Source: an uncultured Chloroflexia bacterium
Lineage (GTDB): Bacteria; Chloroflexota; Dormibacteria; CF-121
Assembly: GCA_963795805.1 (NCBI GenBank)
Contig: CAWCIV010000001.1
Coordinates: 581,859-645,858 of the forward strand
Reading direction: 5' to 3'
Length of the DNA: 64,000 nucleotides
The translations under genes and the position numbers were made by a program. Shown one piece after another: positions 30,538-41,981 of the stretch. A model generated the notes under the pieces. That model saw only the letters and a program-made list of their open reading frames with translations, did not search any database and was not told where the DNA came from. How positions within the stretch are numbered: position 1 is the stretch's first letter; each line of letters begins with the position of its first letter.

Positions 30538-31652
30538 ATGCTCAACAAGCTCGTTCCGGCAGCTGCCGCCACGCTCGCGGTGTTTCTAACGCAGGCGCTC
30601 CCCGCCGCCGCCTGTGGCGGGTTGGTGGCGCCCAACGGGGCGATTCGACTCGACCGGGCGACGACGCTCGTTGCCTGGCACGACGGTGTCGAGCACTATA
30701 TGACCAGCTTCAGTTACCAGGGCAGTGCCAAGAGCTTTGGCTGGATCGTGCCCCTGCCGACGATCCCGGACAAAGTCGAGCCAGGCGGCAAATGGACGCT
30801 CCAGCGGCTCGTGCGTGAAACGCATCCGCAACCGTTTGAACTCCGCTTCGGGGCTCAGGTGCAGGCGGCCTCCGCGGACACGGCCATTGTTCTGCAGCAG
30901 GTGCAGGTCGACGCGCTCGATATCACGGTTCTGAGTGGCAGCGGGCAGGCCGTCCTCGATTGGGCTTCGGCCAACGGGTTCAGCATCGATGCCGAGACCC
31001 ACGCGCATGTCCTCCAGTACGCCAAGGGCAGCCCGATTTTCATGGCCGCGAAATACAACACCGCCCGGGCCGCATCACAACGACTGCTGTTTGGCGACGG
31101 CGCGCCGGTCCTGATCACGATGAAGCTGGCGCACCCGTGGGTTCCCTTCGAAGTCCTCGCCGCGGGTCAGCAGGTCAAGGCTGATCTTTACCTGCTGTCG
31201 GATCAGCCGGTGAACACCAGCGAGCTCGGCGCCGCGCTCGGGGTCTCGGGAGTTGGGACATCGGTGCCGGGAGCCGACGGTTTCACGCTCAAATTTCAGG
31301 AGGCGATGAACACCAGTCTCTATCAGGATCTTTCGAGCGACCGAAACATGAGCTGGGTGCGTCCGGACGGCTGGCTGACCTACATGACGCTTGATGCGCC
31401 GGACAGCAAAGTCACATACGACATGAGCATCACGCCGATGGGCGTCGTGAGAATCGCGCCCTTCGGCACCAACCCGATGGCCATCGTGGACGGAGCGAAG
31501 GGCCGGCCCGCGGCCGCGAATCTGCCGACTGCACCGATGGGCACCGGCCTCACGCTGGCGCTGCTGGGTCTCGTCTTCGCTGCCGGCTTAGCGCTCTACC
31601 GCTGGCGCCGTATCGCCCGCATGTTCGATCCGTCGCGGCGCGACTCGACCAG

Positions 31653-31656
<4 letters not shown>
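30538..31656 (+). CDS. exported protein with C-terminal membrane anchor, unknown function (possibly DUF2330-like)
   Basis: AGGAGG RBS then ATG 30538; signal peptide ...ALPAAACGG; C-terminal TM LTLALLGLVFAAGLALYRWRR. Confidence 0.45.
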
Positions 31657-32468
<812 letters not shown>

Positions 32469-32755
32469 CTGGATAGCGGTTTGCCCCGCTTTGCTGATAG
32501 GCTATTCCCCTATTTGCTACGGCTGTGCTAGGGTCATAAGGGGGCGATCCCCACTCACTTGGGAGGGTGAACCAGGGGTGCGCCGCGCATGCACAGGCCG
32601 CGCCGTAAAGCGGATCACGACGGGACTATGGAGGCGGATCCGTCCGCGGGGTCACGATTTGGATTTTCCCCCTAGCGTCCGGCACCGGCGCGTTGCAATC
32701 GCAACTAAGAAATGACGCTGAGAAAAGACACCGAATCACGGGAGGAGAAGCAACA

Positions 32756-34405
32756 ATGACAGGACTCTCACAAGCGAGGTCGTCGCTCTGGGCAGTTGCG
32801 GTCGCGGGTTGCCTGGTTGCGCTGAGCGCGTGCGGTAATGCCAACAACGCTGCGTCCGGAAACACCACCCTGACAATCCAGGGCGATTCGGGCAACCCAA
32901 CACTGGTCGAAAACTTCAATCCCTTCGCGGGTTCCGCCTTGCATGGCGTCAATCTGATTTACGAGCCGCTTGAGATCCCGAGCCCGGTCGACGGGACGTA
33001 TACGCCGTTTTTGGCCACGTCCTACAAGTTCAGTGATCCCAAGACGCTCGTGTACACCATCCGGCAAAACGTCAAGTGGAGCGATGGCAAGAGCTTTACG
33101 CCCGCCGACGTAGTCTTCACGTTCAATTTGCTCAAGAAGTACCCCGCGCTGGACAACAAGGCGGTCTGGCAACAGATCAGCTCGGTCTCCGCAAACGGCA
33201 ATGATGTGACCATGAATTTCACCGCGCCCAACGTCCCGTTCGCGATCTCGATCGCACAAACGCCGATCGTGCCTGAGCACCTGTGGTCGAGCATCGCTGA
33301 CCCGGTCAAGGACGCCAACACCCATCCGGTGGGGACCGGACCGTACATGCTGGACGCCTTCGCACCGACCCAGTACACGCTCAAGAAAAACACCGGCTAC
33401 TGGCAGGCCGACAAGATCGCGGCTGACCAGGCCGTCTTCCCGGCGCAGGCCAGCAATCAGAGTACGAACCAGCTGGACGTCGTCAGTGGCAAGTTCGACT
33501 GGTCCTACAACTTCTTGCCGGACGTCAAGACGACCTACGTGGCGAAAGACCCGGCCCACAACCAGTACTGGTTCCCGGCGGGCGGCACGATTGCCCTTTA
33601 CCTCAATCTGACGAAGAAGCCTTACAACGACGTGAACTTTCGTAAGGGCCTCTCGATGGCGCTTGACCGCACGACGATCGCGACCAAGGCGGTCAACGGT
33701 TACCTCGACCAGGCCAGCATGTCGGGCTTGATCCTGCCGAACCTCAAGAAGTGGCTCGACCCGAGCCTGCCGAACCAGGGGCTCGTGGCGAAGGATGCCG
33801 CGGGTGCGCAGGCGGCCTTCGCGCAGGCCGGCTACACCACGCAGGGCGGAAAGCTGATGAGCGGCGGAAAACAGGCCACCATGACGATCGTGATGCCCGG
33901 CAACTTCAGCGACTGGGTCGCCGCGGCCAAGGAGGTCGTCAATCAGCTGGGCGCCGTTGGCATCAACGCCACGTTGGATCTGCCCCAGTACGCGCAGTAC
34001 TCGACGGGAATTCAGGCCGGCACGTTTGATGCCGCGATCGGCGGCTTCGGCGGCAGCGGCGATCCCTACACGGATTACAACCTGGCGCTGAGTAGCACCT
34101 TTGCGACGCCGGTGAACACGCCGACCTCGAACAACTTCGAGCGGTTCAAGGATCCGACGGTCGACCAAGCGCTGGCAACGCTGGCATCGTCGACCGACCA
34201 ATCAGCCCAGCAGCAGGCCACCTACACCCTCGAGCAAGCGATGTACAACAAGGTCCCGATCGTGCTCATGTACTACGGCGGCAGCTGGGGTCTGTTCTCA
34301 ACGAAGCGATTCACCGGATGGCCGTCAGCCTCCGACCCGTACACCCTGCCTACCAACTACAACAATTCATTGCTGACGGTGGTGACCCACATCAAGAAGA
34401 CGTAA
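32756..34405 (+). CDS. ABC transporter substrate-binding lipoprotein, family 5 (oligopeptide/oligosaccharide-type, DppA/OppA fold)
   Basis: lipoprotein signal ...VALSACGNANNA; family-5 SBP length (550 aa). Confidence 0.8.
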   Translation: MTGLSQARSSLWAVAVAGCLVALSACGNANNAASGNTTLTIQGDSGNPTLVENFNPFAGSALHGVNLIYEPLEIPSPVDGTYTPFLATSYKFSDPKTLVYTIRQNVKWSDGKSFTPADVVFTFNLLKKYPALDNKAVWQQISSVSANGNDVTMNFTAPNVPFAISIAQTPIVPEHLWSSIADPVKDANTHPVGTGPYMLDAFAPTQYTLKKNTGYWQADKIAADQAVFPAQASNQSTNQLDVVSGKFDWSYNFLPDVKTTYVAKDPAHNQYWFPAGGTIALYLNLTKKPYNDVNFRKGLSMALDRTTIATKAVNGYLDQASMSGLILPNLKKWLDPSLPNQGLVAKDAAGAQAAFAQAGYTTQGGKLMSGGKQATMTIVMPGNFSDWVAAAKEVVNQLGAVGINATLDLPQYAQYSTGIQAGTFDAAIGGFGGSGDPYTDYNLALSSTFATPVNTPTSNNFERFKDPTVDQALATLASSTDQSAQQQATYTLEQAMYNKVPIVLMYYGGSWGLFSTKRFTGWPSASDPYTLPTNYNNSLLTVVTHIKKT

Positions 34406-34460
34406 CCACGATGTCCCTCGATACCACTCGACGCGCTCATGGCGGGCCTCGACGCCCGCC

Positions 34461-35462
34461 ATGCCGTGGCCGGAAATGAGCTACATCGTCCGCAAGGCGG
34501 CGTTGTTTCTCGTCACCTTGTGGGGCGCGATCACGCTGAATTTCCTCCTGCCGCGGCTGATGCCGGGTTCCCCGGTCGATGCGGCGCTGGCAAAGCTCGC
34601 CTCCAGCGGCGTCCCGATCACAAACGCCGAACGCCAGGCGGTCGAGATCCAGCTTGGCTCGCCGCACGGCAGCCTGCTGACCCAGTACTGGGACTATCTG
34701 GGGGGCATCGTCCACCTCAATTTCGGCAGCTCGTACTCGTTCCCGAGTGAGACGGTCGCCCAAACGATCGGCAAGGCGGCCCCGTGGACGCTCGGCCTGG
34801 TGGGCGTGACCACGATCGTCGCGTTCATCCTTGGAACGCTGTTGGGCGTATATGCGGGCTGGCGGCGGGGAAAGACGGCGGACACGACGGTCACATTGGG
34901 CGCGACGTTTTTTGCCGCCTTCCCGCCGTTCTGGCTCGGACTGTTGCTGCTCTACGTTCTCGCGTTCAAACTCAACTTGTTTCCAATCAAAGGTGGTTAC
35001 AACCCCGGCGAGACGCCGAACCTGAGCCCGGCGTTTCTCGCGGACGCGGTCTTCCACAGCATTCTCCCGGCGCTGACCCTGGCGGTGACCACCCTTTCGG
35101 GCTGGGTATTTGGGATGCGCAACAACATGATCAACACCCTTGGCGAGGACTACGTGACGTTTGCGGAGGCTAATGGGCTACGCACCCGGACGATCGCGCT
35201 GCTGTACGCCGCGCGCAACGCGATTCTGCCCAATGTCACGGCCTTCGGTCTCTCGTTGGGTGCCGTGGTCGGCGGCTCGGTCCTGGTCGAGGGGATCTTC
35301 AGCTATCCCGGTCTGGGGAACCTGCTTTACGTCGCCGTGTCGAATCACGATTTTCCCCTGATGCAGGCGCTGTTCCTGGTCATCACGGTGAGCATGCTGG
35401 TTGCGATCTTCGTCGTCGACCTGCTGTACGTTCGCTTGGATCCGCGGGTGCGACAAGGATGA
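34461..35462 (+). CDS. ABC transporter permease (DppB-like)
   Basis: 6 TM, EAA-like loop region; alternative ATG at 34476. Confidence 0.8.
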   Translation: MPWPEMSYIVRKAALFLVTLWGAITLNFLLPRLMPGSPVDAALAKLASSGVPITNAERQAVEIQLGSPHGSLLTQYWDYLGGIVHLNFGSSYSFPSETVAQTIGKAAPWTLGLVGVTTIVAFILGTLLGVYAGWRRGKTADTTVTLGATFFAAFPPFWLGLLLLYVLAFKLNLFPIKGGYNPGETPNLSPAFLADAVFHSILPALTLAVTTLSGWVFGMRNNMINTLGEDYVTFAEANGLRTRTIALLYAARNAILPNVTAFGLSLGAVVGGSVLVEGIFSYPGLGNLLYVAVSNHDFPLMQALFLVITVSMLVAIFVVDLLYVRLDPRVRQG

Positions 35463-36400
35463 GTATTGTCACACCGGTTCCGCCACCCACCGTTCCCGGC
35501 GCCGAGGTCAAAATCCCGATTCGTCAGACTGGTCCTGTTCCGGGCCCGTTACGGTTCGTAAGCCGTTCGCTGCTCACGCTCTGGAGCAATCGCAAGGCCC
35601 GCATCGGCCTGGTGATTCTCGGCCTGGACATCCTGGTGGCCGTTCTGGCGCCAGTGCTCGCACCACACTCTCCGACGGCGACGACGTTCCCCCCGTATCT
35701 AGGCCCAAGTTCCACCAACTGGTTTGGCACGACAGGGAACGGCCAGGACGTTTTCTCGCAGCTGATCTACGGCGCACGGATCTCGTTGCTCGTCGGGCTT
35801 GTGGCAGGGGCGGTGGCGACCTTCGTGGCCGTGACGATAGGCCTCATCGCCGGCTACCGGCCTGGCGTGGTCGACGAGGTGCTCAGTTTTGTGACCAACC
35901 TGGTGCTCGTCATTCCCGGCCTGCCCCTGATGTTCATCCTGGCCGCGTACCTGAAGAGCCGGTCAGTGTGGACCATCGTTCTCGTGGTTGCGTTCACGAG
36001 TTGGGCAACGGGTGCTCGCGTCATCCGTAGTCAGGCCTCGACCTTGCGGACCCGCGAGTTTGTGACTTCAGCGGTGTTCTCCGGTGAAGGGCTGTTCCGC
36101 GTCGTGTTCCGGGAAATCCTTCCGAATATGACGTCCCTCGTGGCCGGCAGCTTCTTCGCGGCGGCGACGGCCGCTGTCATGGCGGAGGCGAGCCTGGAGT
36201 TTCTCGGGTTAGGAGACCCGAGCACGGTCAGCTGGGGGACCATCCTGTATTACGCCCAGCAGCAGAATGCCCTCCTGACCGGTCAATGGGTGATGATCTT
36301 CGCCCCGGGCCTGGCCATCGCCCTACTGGCCCTGGCGTTCACGTTGGTCAACTTCGGCGTGGACGCGCTCTCCAATCCGCGACTGCGGGAGAAGGCATGA
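35459..36400 (+). CDS. ABC transporter permease (DppC-like)
   Basis: N-terminal extension then 6 TM; ATGA overlap with upstream permease. Confidence 0.8.
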   Translation: MSIVTPVPPPTVPGAEVKIPIRQTGPVPGPLRFVSRSLLTLWSNRKARIGLVILGLDILVAVLAPVLAPHSPTATTFPPYLGPSSTNWFGTTGNGQDVFSQLIYGARISLLVGLVAGAVATFVAVTIGLIAGYRPGVVDEVLSFVTNLVLVIPGLPLMFILAAYLKSRSVWTIVLVVAFTSWATGARVIRSQASTLRTREFVTSAVFSGEGLFRVVFREILPNMTSLVAGSFFAAATAAVMAEASLEFLGLGDPSTVSWGTILYYAQQQNALLTGQWVMIFAPGLAIALLALAFTLVNFGVDALSNPRLREKA

Positions 36401-37419
36401 CGCAATTGCTTGACGCCAAGGGCGTAAATGTCGTCTACGAGCCGGCGCGCGGCCTTCGCATCTGGTCCGTGCGCGATGTGCACCTTGCGCTCGAGCAGGG
36501 AGAGTTCATCGGGCTGGTCGGTGAGTCCGGGTGTGGCAAGTCGACCCTGGGTTTCGCCCTCACCAGGATGCTCCGCGCGCCCGCCAAGCTCGAGAACGGA
36601 ACCATCAACTTCGACGGCGTCGACATCGCCAGCCTGAGCGGCGAGAAGCTGCGCCAGCAGCGACGCGACGGTTTCGCGATTGTGCTGCAGAGCGGCATGA
36701 ACGCGCTGAACCCGGTTCGCAACGTCGAGGATCATTTCGGCGACATTCTCGGCGCCCACGCCCGATCCGGCGAACATTACCCCAGTCAAGCCATCCGGCG
36801 CCGCGGCGCCGAGTTACTCGGCAAGGTAGGGCTCGATGCCGGGGTTTTGAGCAAATTCCCGCACGAGCTCTCGGGCGGCATGCGCCAGCGGGTGTCCATC
36901 GCTCTGGTTCTGGCGCTCGAACCCCGGTTGATCGTCTTCGACGAGCCGACGACGGCACTTGACGTGATCGTGCAGAAGGCCGTGATGAGGACGATCCAGG
37001 AGCTTCAGCGGGAGAGCGGGTTCACGGCGATCCTCATCAGCCACGACCTTGGTGTCGTCCTCGAGTCGACCAACCGGTTGATGGTGATGTACGCGGGCCG
37101 GGTCGTCGAGGATCAACCGTCCAAAGACCTCGTGCGCGGAAAGCACCACCCGTACACGGAGGCGTTGCTGCGCTGCTATGCGGATCCCCGAGCCGAGGAG
37201 ATCCATCTCGAAGGCATCCCGGGTAGCCCGCCGGACCTGTCGCTCCCGCAGTCGGGCTGTTCCTTCGCCCCGCGGTGCCCGCTGGCGCAGGACATCTGCT
37301 GGAAGGTGGACCCGCCACTGGCCCCGCTCGGACGCGGTTTAGCCGCCTGCCACGTCAGGGCCCCGTCCGAGAAGGTTGCGGGTGCCAAGGAGGCCAGCGC
37401 GAAGGTGGCGCAAAAATGA
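36397..37419 (+). CDS. ABC transporter ATP-binding protein (DppD-like, with C-terminal oligopeptide-type extension)
   Basis: Walker A GESGCGKST, signature LSGGMRQR, Walker B LIVFDEPTTALD; ATGA overlap. Confidence 0.85.
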   Translation: MTQLLDAKGVNVVYEPARGLRIWSVRDVHLALEQGEFIGLVGESGCGKSTLGFALTRMLRAPAKLENGTINFDGVDIASLSGEKLRQQRRDGFAIVLQSGMNALNPVRNVEDHFGDILGAHARSGEHYPSQAIRRRGAELLGKVGLDAGVLSKFPHELSGGMRQRVSIALVLALEPRLIVFDEPTTALDVIVQKAVMRTIQELQRESGFTAILISHDLGVVLESTNRLMVMYAGRVVEDQPSKDLVRGKHHPYTEALLRCYADPRAEEIHLEGIPGSPPDLSLPQSGCSFAPRCPLAQDICWKVDPPLAPLGRGLAACHVRAPSEKVAGAKEASAKVAQK

Positions 37420-38270
37420 CGACCGTTCCGTCGAATGGGCAGGCAGCGTCCGATCGGGCCAGCAAGGTTGCGCCACTCGTCGTTCAGGGCGTGTCCAAAA
37501 TCTACAGAGCCCGTGGTCGTGGCGGGAGGATGACGGCGGTCGACAACGTATCGTTCACGCTCGCGCCCGGCGCGGCGATCGGGCTGGTCGGCGCGAGCGG
37601 CAGCGGCAAGAGCACGCTTGCCAAGATGATCACCGGCTCGGAGAAGCCCACGTCGGGATCGATCAGGTTCGGCGATCTCGCAGTCGAGCGCCTTCACTCC
37701 GGCGGCCTGCGCAAATACCACACACGAGTGCAGATGGTCTTCCAGGACCCGTACGCGGCGCTCAACCCCTTGCATACCGTCGAGTACACGGTCATGCGTC
37801 CCTGCCAGAATTTCCTCGGCATGTCCCCAACAAAAGCCAGAGATCGCGTCCACGAATTGCTGGAGATCGTCGGGCTGACGCCAGCGGAACACTATGCGGC
37901 CAAGCTGCCGCATCAGCTCTCCGGGGGGCAGCGTCAGCGTGTCGTGATCGCCCGCGCCCTGGCCTGCGACCCGGAGGTGATCGTGGCCGACGAGCCGGTT
38001 TCGATGCTCGATGTGTCACTGCGCGCGGGGGTGCTCAAACTGCTCGCGAAGCTGCGCGCGGAACGCGGGCTCAGCCTGCTCTACATCACGCACGACTTAC
38101 TGGGCGCCAGGGTCATTACCGACGAAATCCTCGTGCTGAATAAAGGAAAAGTCGTTGAACAGGGGCCGACCAAACACGTGCTCCAACATCCGAAGCACGA
38201 GTACACGATCCAGTTGCTCGATGCCGTCGCTACCCCGTTCGCTGCAGCTGACGCCAGTCCAAGCCGTTGA
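37416..38270 (+). CDS. ABC transporter ATP-binding protein (DppF-like)
   Basis: Walker A GASGSGKST, LSGGQRQR, VIVADEPVSMLD; ATGA overlap with upstream ATPase. Confidence 0.85.
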   Translation: MTTVPSNGQAASDRASKVAPLVVQGVSKIYRARGRGGRMTAVDNVSFTLAPGAAIGLVGASGSGKSTLAKMITGSEKPTSGSIRFGDLAVERLHSGGLRKYHTRVQMVFQDPYAALNPLHTVEYTVMRPCQNFLGMSPTKARDRVHELLEIVGLTPAEHYAAKLPHQLSGGQRQRVVIARALACDPEVIVADEPVSMLDVSLRAGVLKLLAKLRAERGLSLLYITHDLLGARVITDEILVLNKGKVVEQGPTKHVLQHPKHEYTIQLLDAVATPFAAADASPSR

Positions 38271-38292
38271 TTCCGCCGGGAAGGAGCCAGAT

Positions 38293-39978
38293 ATGAAAAG
38301 AAAGGGATTGTTTCGTGCGCGACTATTCGGCGTGTTCATGGTTGCCGTCCTTGCAGGTGCGGGTCTGGCCTCGCCAGCCCTCGCGGCGGGACCGAACGAC
38401 AACCATGGGCAATCGACCTGCAAAGGCGACCGAGTAAGCCAGGACTGCAACGGCCTGACCGGCCAGCAGCGCGCGAGCCTGATGGCGATCGCGCGGGACA
38501 CCTGGAAGTTCTATGCGGAAGATGTCGATCCCAATACGCACCTCCCATTGGACAACACCACGCACGCCGCCGGCTCGCCGGTCGCCACGGATTATGGCCG
38601 GTACACGTCGGCCGCCAACATCGGCGTCTACCTGTGGGCCGTCGTGGCGGCCAGTGACCTCGGGCTGATCAGTAAGCGCGAGGCCACCAGGGAAATCTCA
38701 GCCACGCTCACGACAGTCAAGCGACTCCAGAAGGATCACGGGTTTCTGTACCAGTGGTACGACACGACCACGGGAGCAGTCATTCCTGGGCCCGGAAACC
38801 CCCACGCGTGTGGCGGCGCGCCGAGCTTCGACAACTGTTGGTTTATTTCGAACGTCGACAATGGCCTTTACGCATCGGGTCTGATCGTGGTCCGCAGTGC
38901 CCTTCCCAACCTGCGGCGGCAAGTAAACGAGCTGATGGCGCCGATGGACTTCGGTCTCTTCTATGACAACCGTCCCCAGACGCATTGCAACACGAACCCC
39001 GCCGTCCCGGGGAACCAGCCAACCGGCCAGATGTACGGCGGTTACTATGTCGGGCTTCCGCCCGAGACGGGCACCAACTGGCAGCACTACTACCACAATG
39101 GCGCCCTCTACAGCGACCCACGGATCTCGGCCTACATCGGCATGGGTTTGCATCAAATGCCGGGCGACGTCTGGTGGCGCAGCTGGCGGACGCTCCCGCC
39201 AAAGGCCCCCTTCGCCGATTGCCAGGCAACCGACCCCGATTTCTCCTGGCAGGGACAGTGGCCGGTCCCCGGCTACTGGACGGTCTACCGTGACCCGCAG
39301 TCAGGCAAGCGATTCAACGTCTGGGAAGGCCATTACAACTATTACGGTGGCGATCCGACGTTCGTACCGACCTGGGGCGGTGGGATGTTCGAAGGGTTGA
39401 TGAACGACCAGGTCGTGCCGGAGACGACCTGGGGCCCCCGCACGTTCGGTCTAAATGACGTGCGCACCGTCCAGGTCCAGGCCAAGTACGCGACGGAAAA
39501 GCTGGGTTACCAGGTATGGGGTCTCTCGCCGTCGAGCACGGCCGACGACACCGGAAACTACAACACCTATGGCGCCGAGGGTCTGAATACCCCGTATGCC
39601 GCCAAGAAGGGCTTGTCGCAGTGCTACGGCTGCGCGACCGAGGACGTCGTCAGTCCGCATGCGTCCTTTATTGCCTTGGATGCCGCGCCGCAGCTGGCCT
39701 ACGCCAACATCCAGAAGCTGCGCCAGCTCTACCAGGGCATCTACGGATCGGGTGGGTTCTTTGATGCCGTCAACCCGAAGACCGGCTCGGTCGGTCACCG
39801 GTACCTGGTTCTCGATCAGTCGATGATCATGGCTTCGCTGGACAACGCGCTGCGGAATCGGGCAATGCAGCAGCACTTTGCGGAGGACCCGGTCTCCTGG
39901 GCGGCCAAGCTGTATCTCTCCTACGAGACAATGTCGATCAGTGGCGACGCAGGCGACCAAGACAAGAACAAGCAATAG
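38293..39978 (+). CDS. secreted glucoamylase-like/DUF3131-type putative glycoside hydrolase
   Basis: signal peptide MKRKGLFRARLFGVFMVAVLAGAGLASPALAAG; segment TDYGRYTSAANIGVYLWAVVAASDLGLISKREA...HGFLYQWYD recalls DUF3131/GH144-type (alpha/alpha)6 enzymes from memory only. Confidence 0.45.
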   Translation: MKRKGLFRARLFGVFMVAVLAGAGLASPALAAGPNDNHGQSTCKGDRVSQDCNGLTGQQRASLMAIARDTWKFYAEDVDPNTHLPLDNTTHAAGSPVATDYGRYTSAANIGVYLWAVVAASDLGLISKREATREISATLTTVKRLQKDHGFLYQWYDTTTGAVIPGPGNPHACGGAPSFDNCWFISNVDNGLYASGLIVVRSALPNLRRQVNELMAPMDFGLFYDNRPQTHCNTNPAVPGNQPTGQMYGGYYVGLPPETGTNWQHYYHNGALYSDPRISAYIGMGLHQMPGDVWWRSWRTLPPKAPFADCQATDPDFSWQGQWPVPGYWTVYRDPQSGKRFNVWEGHYNYYGGDPTFVPTWGGGMFEGLMNDQVVPETTWGPRTFGLNDVRTVQVQAKYATEKLGYQVWGLSPSSTADDTGNYNTYGAEGLNTPYAAKKGLSQCYGCATEDVVSPHASFIALDAAPQLAYANIQKLRQLYQGIYGSGGFFDAVNPKTGSVGHRYLVLDQSMIMASLDNALRNRAMQQHFAEDPVSWAAKLYLSYETMSISGDAGDQDKNKQ

Positions 39979-39992
39979 AAGAGCCTAAGACG

Positions 39993-40023
39993 GGCGAGCA
40001 GCGGAAAGAGTCCGCCGCTCGCC
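39993..40023 (+). terminator. GC-rich hairpin (11-bp stem GGCGAGCAGCGG/CCGCCGCTCGCC, 7-nt loop) 15 nt after the stop of the 38293-39978 gene; no U-tract
   Basis: near-perfect inverted repeat read directly. Confidence 0.35.
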
Positions 40024-40130
40024 TCGACTGGGAGCGTCGCGTTGGTCGCCGTCGTGACTCGGTCGCGGCGGCGATCGCGCATGCGCTCCCGTCACCCTCG
40101 AACGTTCGTGCCGAGCCCGGGGGAGGGCAG

Positions 40131-41834
40131 GTGACGTTACGCTGGGACCCGGTCGATGGCGCCGCCGGGTACGTCGTGCAGCGGGCGGACGCGCCAGGCG
40201 GGCCGTTTCAGACCGTTGACCATCATGGCGGCGACGTGCTGGCGGTCCCGGGGCCGACCTATGCCGACACGACGGGGCAGGCGGGTACCCCGTACTGGTA
40301 CGCGATCGCGTCGATCACCTCCGCTGATGGCGCGCATGGCGAGCGATCCGCCCCAGTTCGAGCAACCTCTCGCGAGGAACGAGGTGCAGTCGAGATTCGT
40401 GTCGACGCTCAGCACCCGGTCAAGCCACTCGCCCGGCCCTGGCACATGGTCGGCTCGGAGCGTCTCTCGCAGCTGCTTCATCCCAGGGACGCCAACGGCG
40501 CCGATGTCGGCTTGGAGTTCGCCGAGTCGCTTCGGATTGCCCGGGTGGAGCTGGGGGCCGATCGGGTCCGCGCGCACGGTGTGCTTCACGACGACCTCGG
40601 CTGCTACACCGAGACCGATGGCCGGCCCTGCTATGACTTTGCCTCCGTCGCCCGCGTCTACGACCAGGTCCTGTCGCTCGGGCTGAGACCGGTGGTCGAG
40701 CTCTCGTTCATGCCGCGGGCGCTCGCCAGCAATCCGCAGGCGACCGTCTTTGCCTACAAGGCGATCTCCTCGCCACCAAAAGACTATGCAGCCTGGGGCG
40801 CCCTCGTCCGGGCGCTGGCGCAGTACCTGGTGGATCGCTACGGCGTGGCGGAGGTGGCCGACTGGGGCTTCGAGGTCTGGAACGAGCCCAACCTCGAGCT
40901 CTTCTGGACGGGAAGCCGCGACGACTATTTCCGGCTCTACGATGTCGCCGCGCGCGCCATCAAGACGGTCGACCGGCGGCTCAAGGTCGGCGGTCCGGCG
41001 ACGGCGGCCGCCGGCTGGATCGCCGACTTTGCTGTCTATGCCGCCGATTCCGGCGCCCCGGTGGATTTTCTTTCCACCCATACGTACGGGAATGTCCCAT
41101 TGGACATCGCCGCGACCGCAGCCAACGCCGGTCTCGAGCGGCGGCCCGTCTGGTGGACCGAGTGGGGGGTCAGCCCAACACACTTCGCTCGCATCAACGA
41201 TTCGGTGCTGGGGGCCCCCTTTGTGCTGCACGGGATGTTCTCTGCCATGGACCGCGCCGAGCACCTCGCTTACTGGACGATCTCGGATCATTTCGAGGAG
41301 CTCGGCCGGCCGCCGCGCCTGTTCCATGGCGGCTTCGGGCTGCTTACGGTCGGGAACCTGCGGAAACCGCGCTTCTGGGCGCTCCGGATGCTGGAAATGC
41401 TCGGCTCTGAGCGCCTGAACGTCGCCGTGGCCGGGGACGGGGCTGAGTCGATGGTGCAGGCCATCGCGACCCGCGACGTCGCCGGGATGATCCAGGTGCT
41501 CGTCTGGAACGGAACGATGGATCAGACCAAGCAGGACGGAACCCCCTTGCTCGGCCGGCAGGTTCGGCTCGGGATCGAGGGTCTGGCAACCAGTCGGTAC
41601 ACGCACGAGCACCTGCGGGTCGACCGGGACCACTCCAACGTCAGCCGGGCCTGGGCCGCGCTGGGGTCTCCCGACTGGCCAGACGAGGCAGGGTGGGCTC
41701 ACCTGCGGGCAGCCGACCGCCTGGTCGAGCTCGAGCCGTCCCGGCCCGTGGAAGCCGCAGGAGGCCACCTGGCGATTGACTTCGAGATTCCCATGCCCGG
41801 GGTCTCCCTGGTCCGCCTGACGCCCGCTCAGTAG
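40131..41834 (+). CDS. GH39-family glycoside hydrolase (beta-xylosidase-like) with N-terminal fibronectin-III-like domain
   Basis: clan GH-A catalytic acid/base GFEVWNEPNL and nucleophile region WWTEWG; N-terminal WDPVDGAAGYVVQRADAPGGPF FN3-like. Confidence 0.7.
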   Translation: MTLRWDPVDGAAGYVVQRADAPGGPFQTVDHHGGDVLAVPGPTYADTTGQAGTPYWYAIASITSADGAHGERSAPVRATSREERGAVEIRVDAQHPVKPLARPWHMVGSERLSQLLHPRDANGADVGLEFAESLRIARVELGADRVRAHGVLHDDLGCYTETDGRPCYDFASVARVYDQVLSLGLRPVVELSFMPRALASNPQATVFAYKAISSPPKDYAAWGALVRALAQYLVDRYGVAEVADWGFEVWNEPNLELFWTGSRDDYFRLYDVAARAIKTVDRRLKVGGPATAAAGWIADFAVYAADSGAPVDFLSTHTYGNVPLDIAATAANAGLERRPVWWTEWGVSPTHFARINDSVLGAPFVLHGMFSAMDRAEHLAYWTISDHFEELGRPPRLFHGGFGLLTVGNLRKPRFWALRMLEMLGSERLNVAVAGDGAESMVQAIATRDVAGMIQVLVWNGTMDQTKQDGTPLLGRQVRLGIEGLATSRYTHEHLRVDRDHSNVSRAWAALGSPDWPDEAGWAHLRAADRLVELEPSRPVEAAGGHLAIDFEIPMPGVSLVRLTPAQ

Positions 41835-41981
41835 TCGAACGCCTGTTCGTTTAGGCGGTCCCGAGAGGAAAGCTGGACGGCGGCGTTATACGGCTGGCAT
41901 TATTTGATTGGGACGGGTCGATTGACGACAGCGCAGCTCCGGGGAGCGCGCCCATCCACCCCAAAGGGAAGTTGATCACGT

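Noticed and set aside
41835-41981. Possible terminator hairpin CGCCTG...AGGCG after the GH39 gene
   Set aside because: Only a 5-bp stem with an 8-nt loop and no U-tract; too weak to call.
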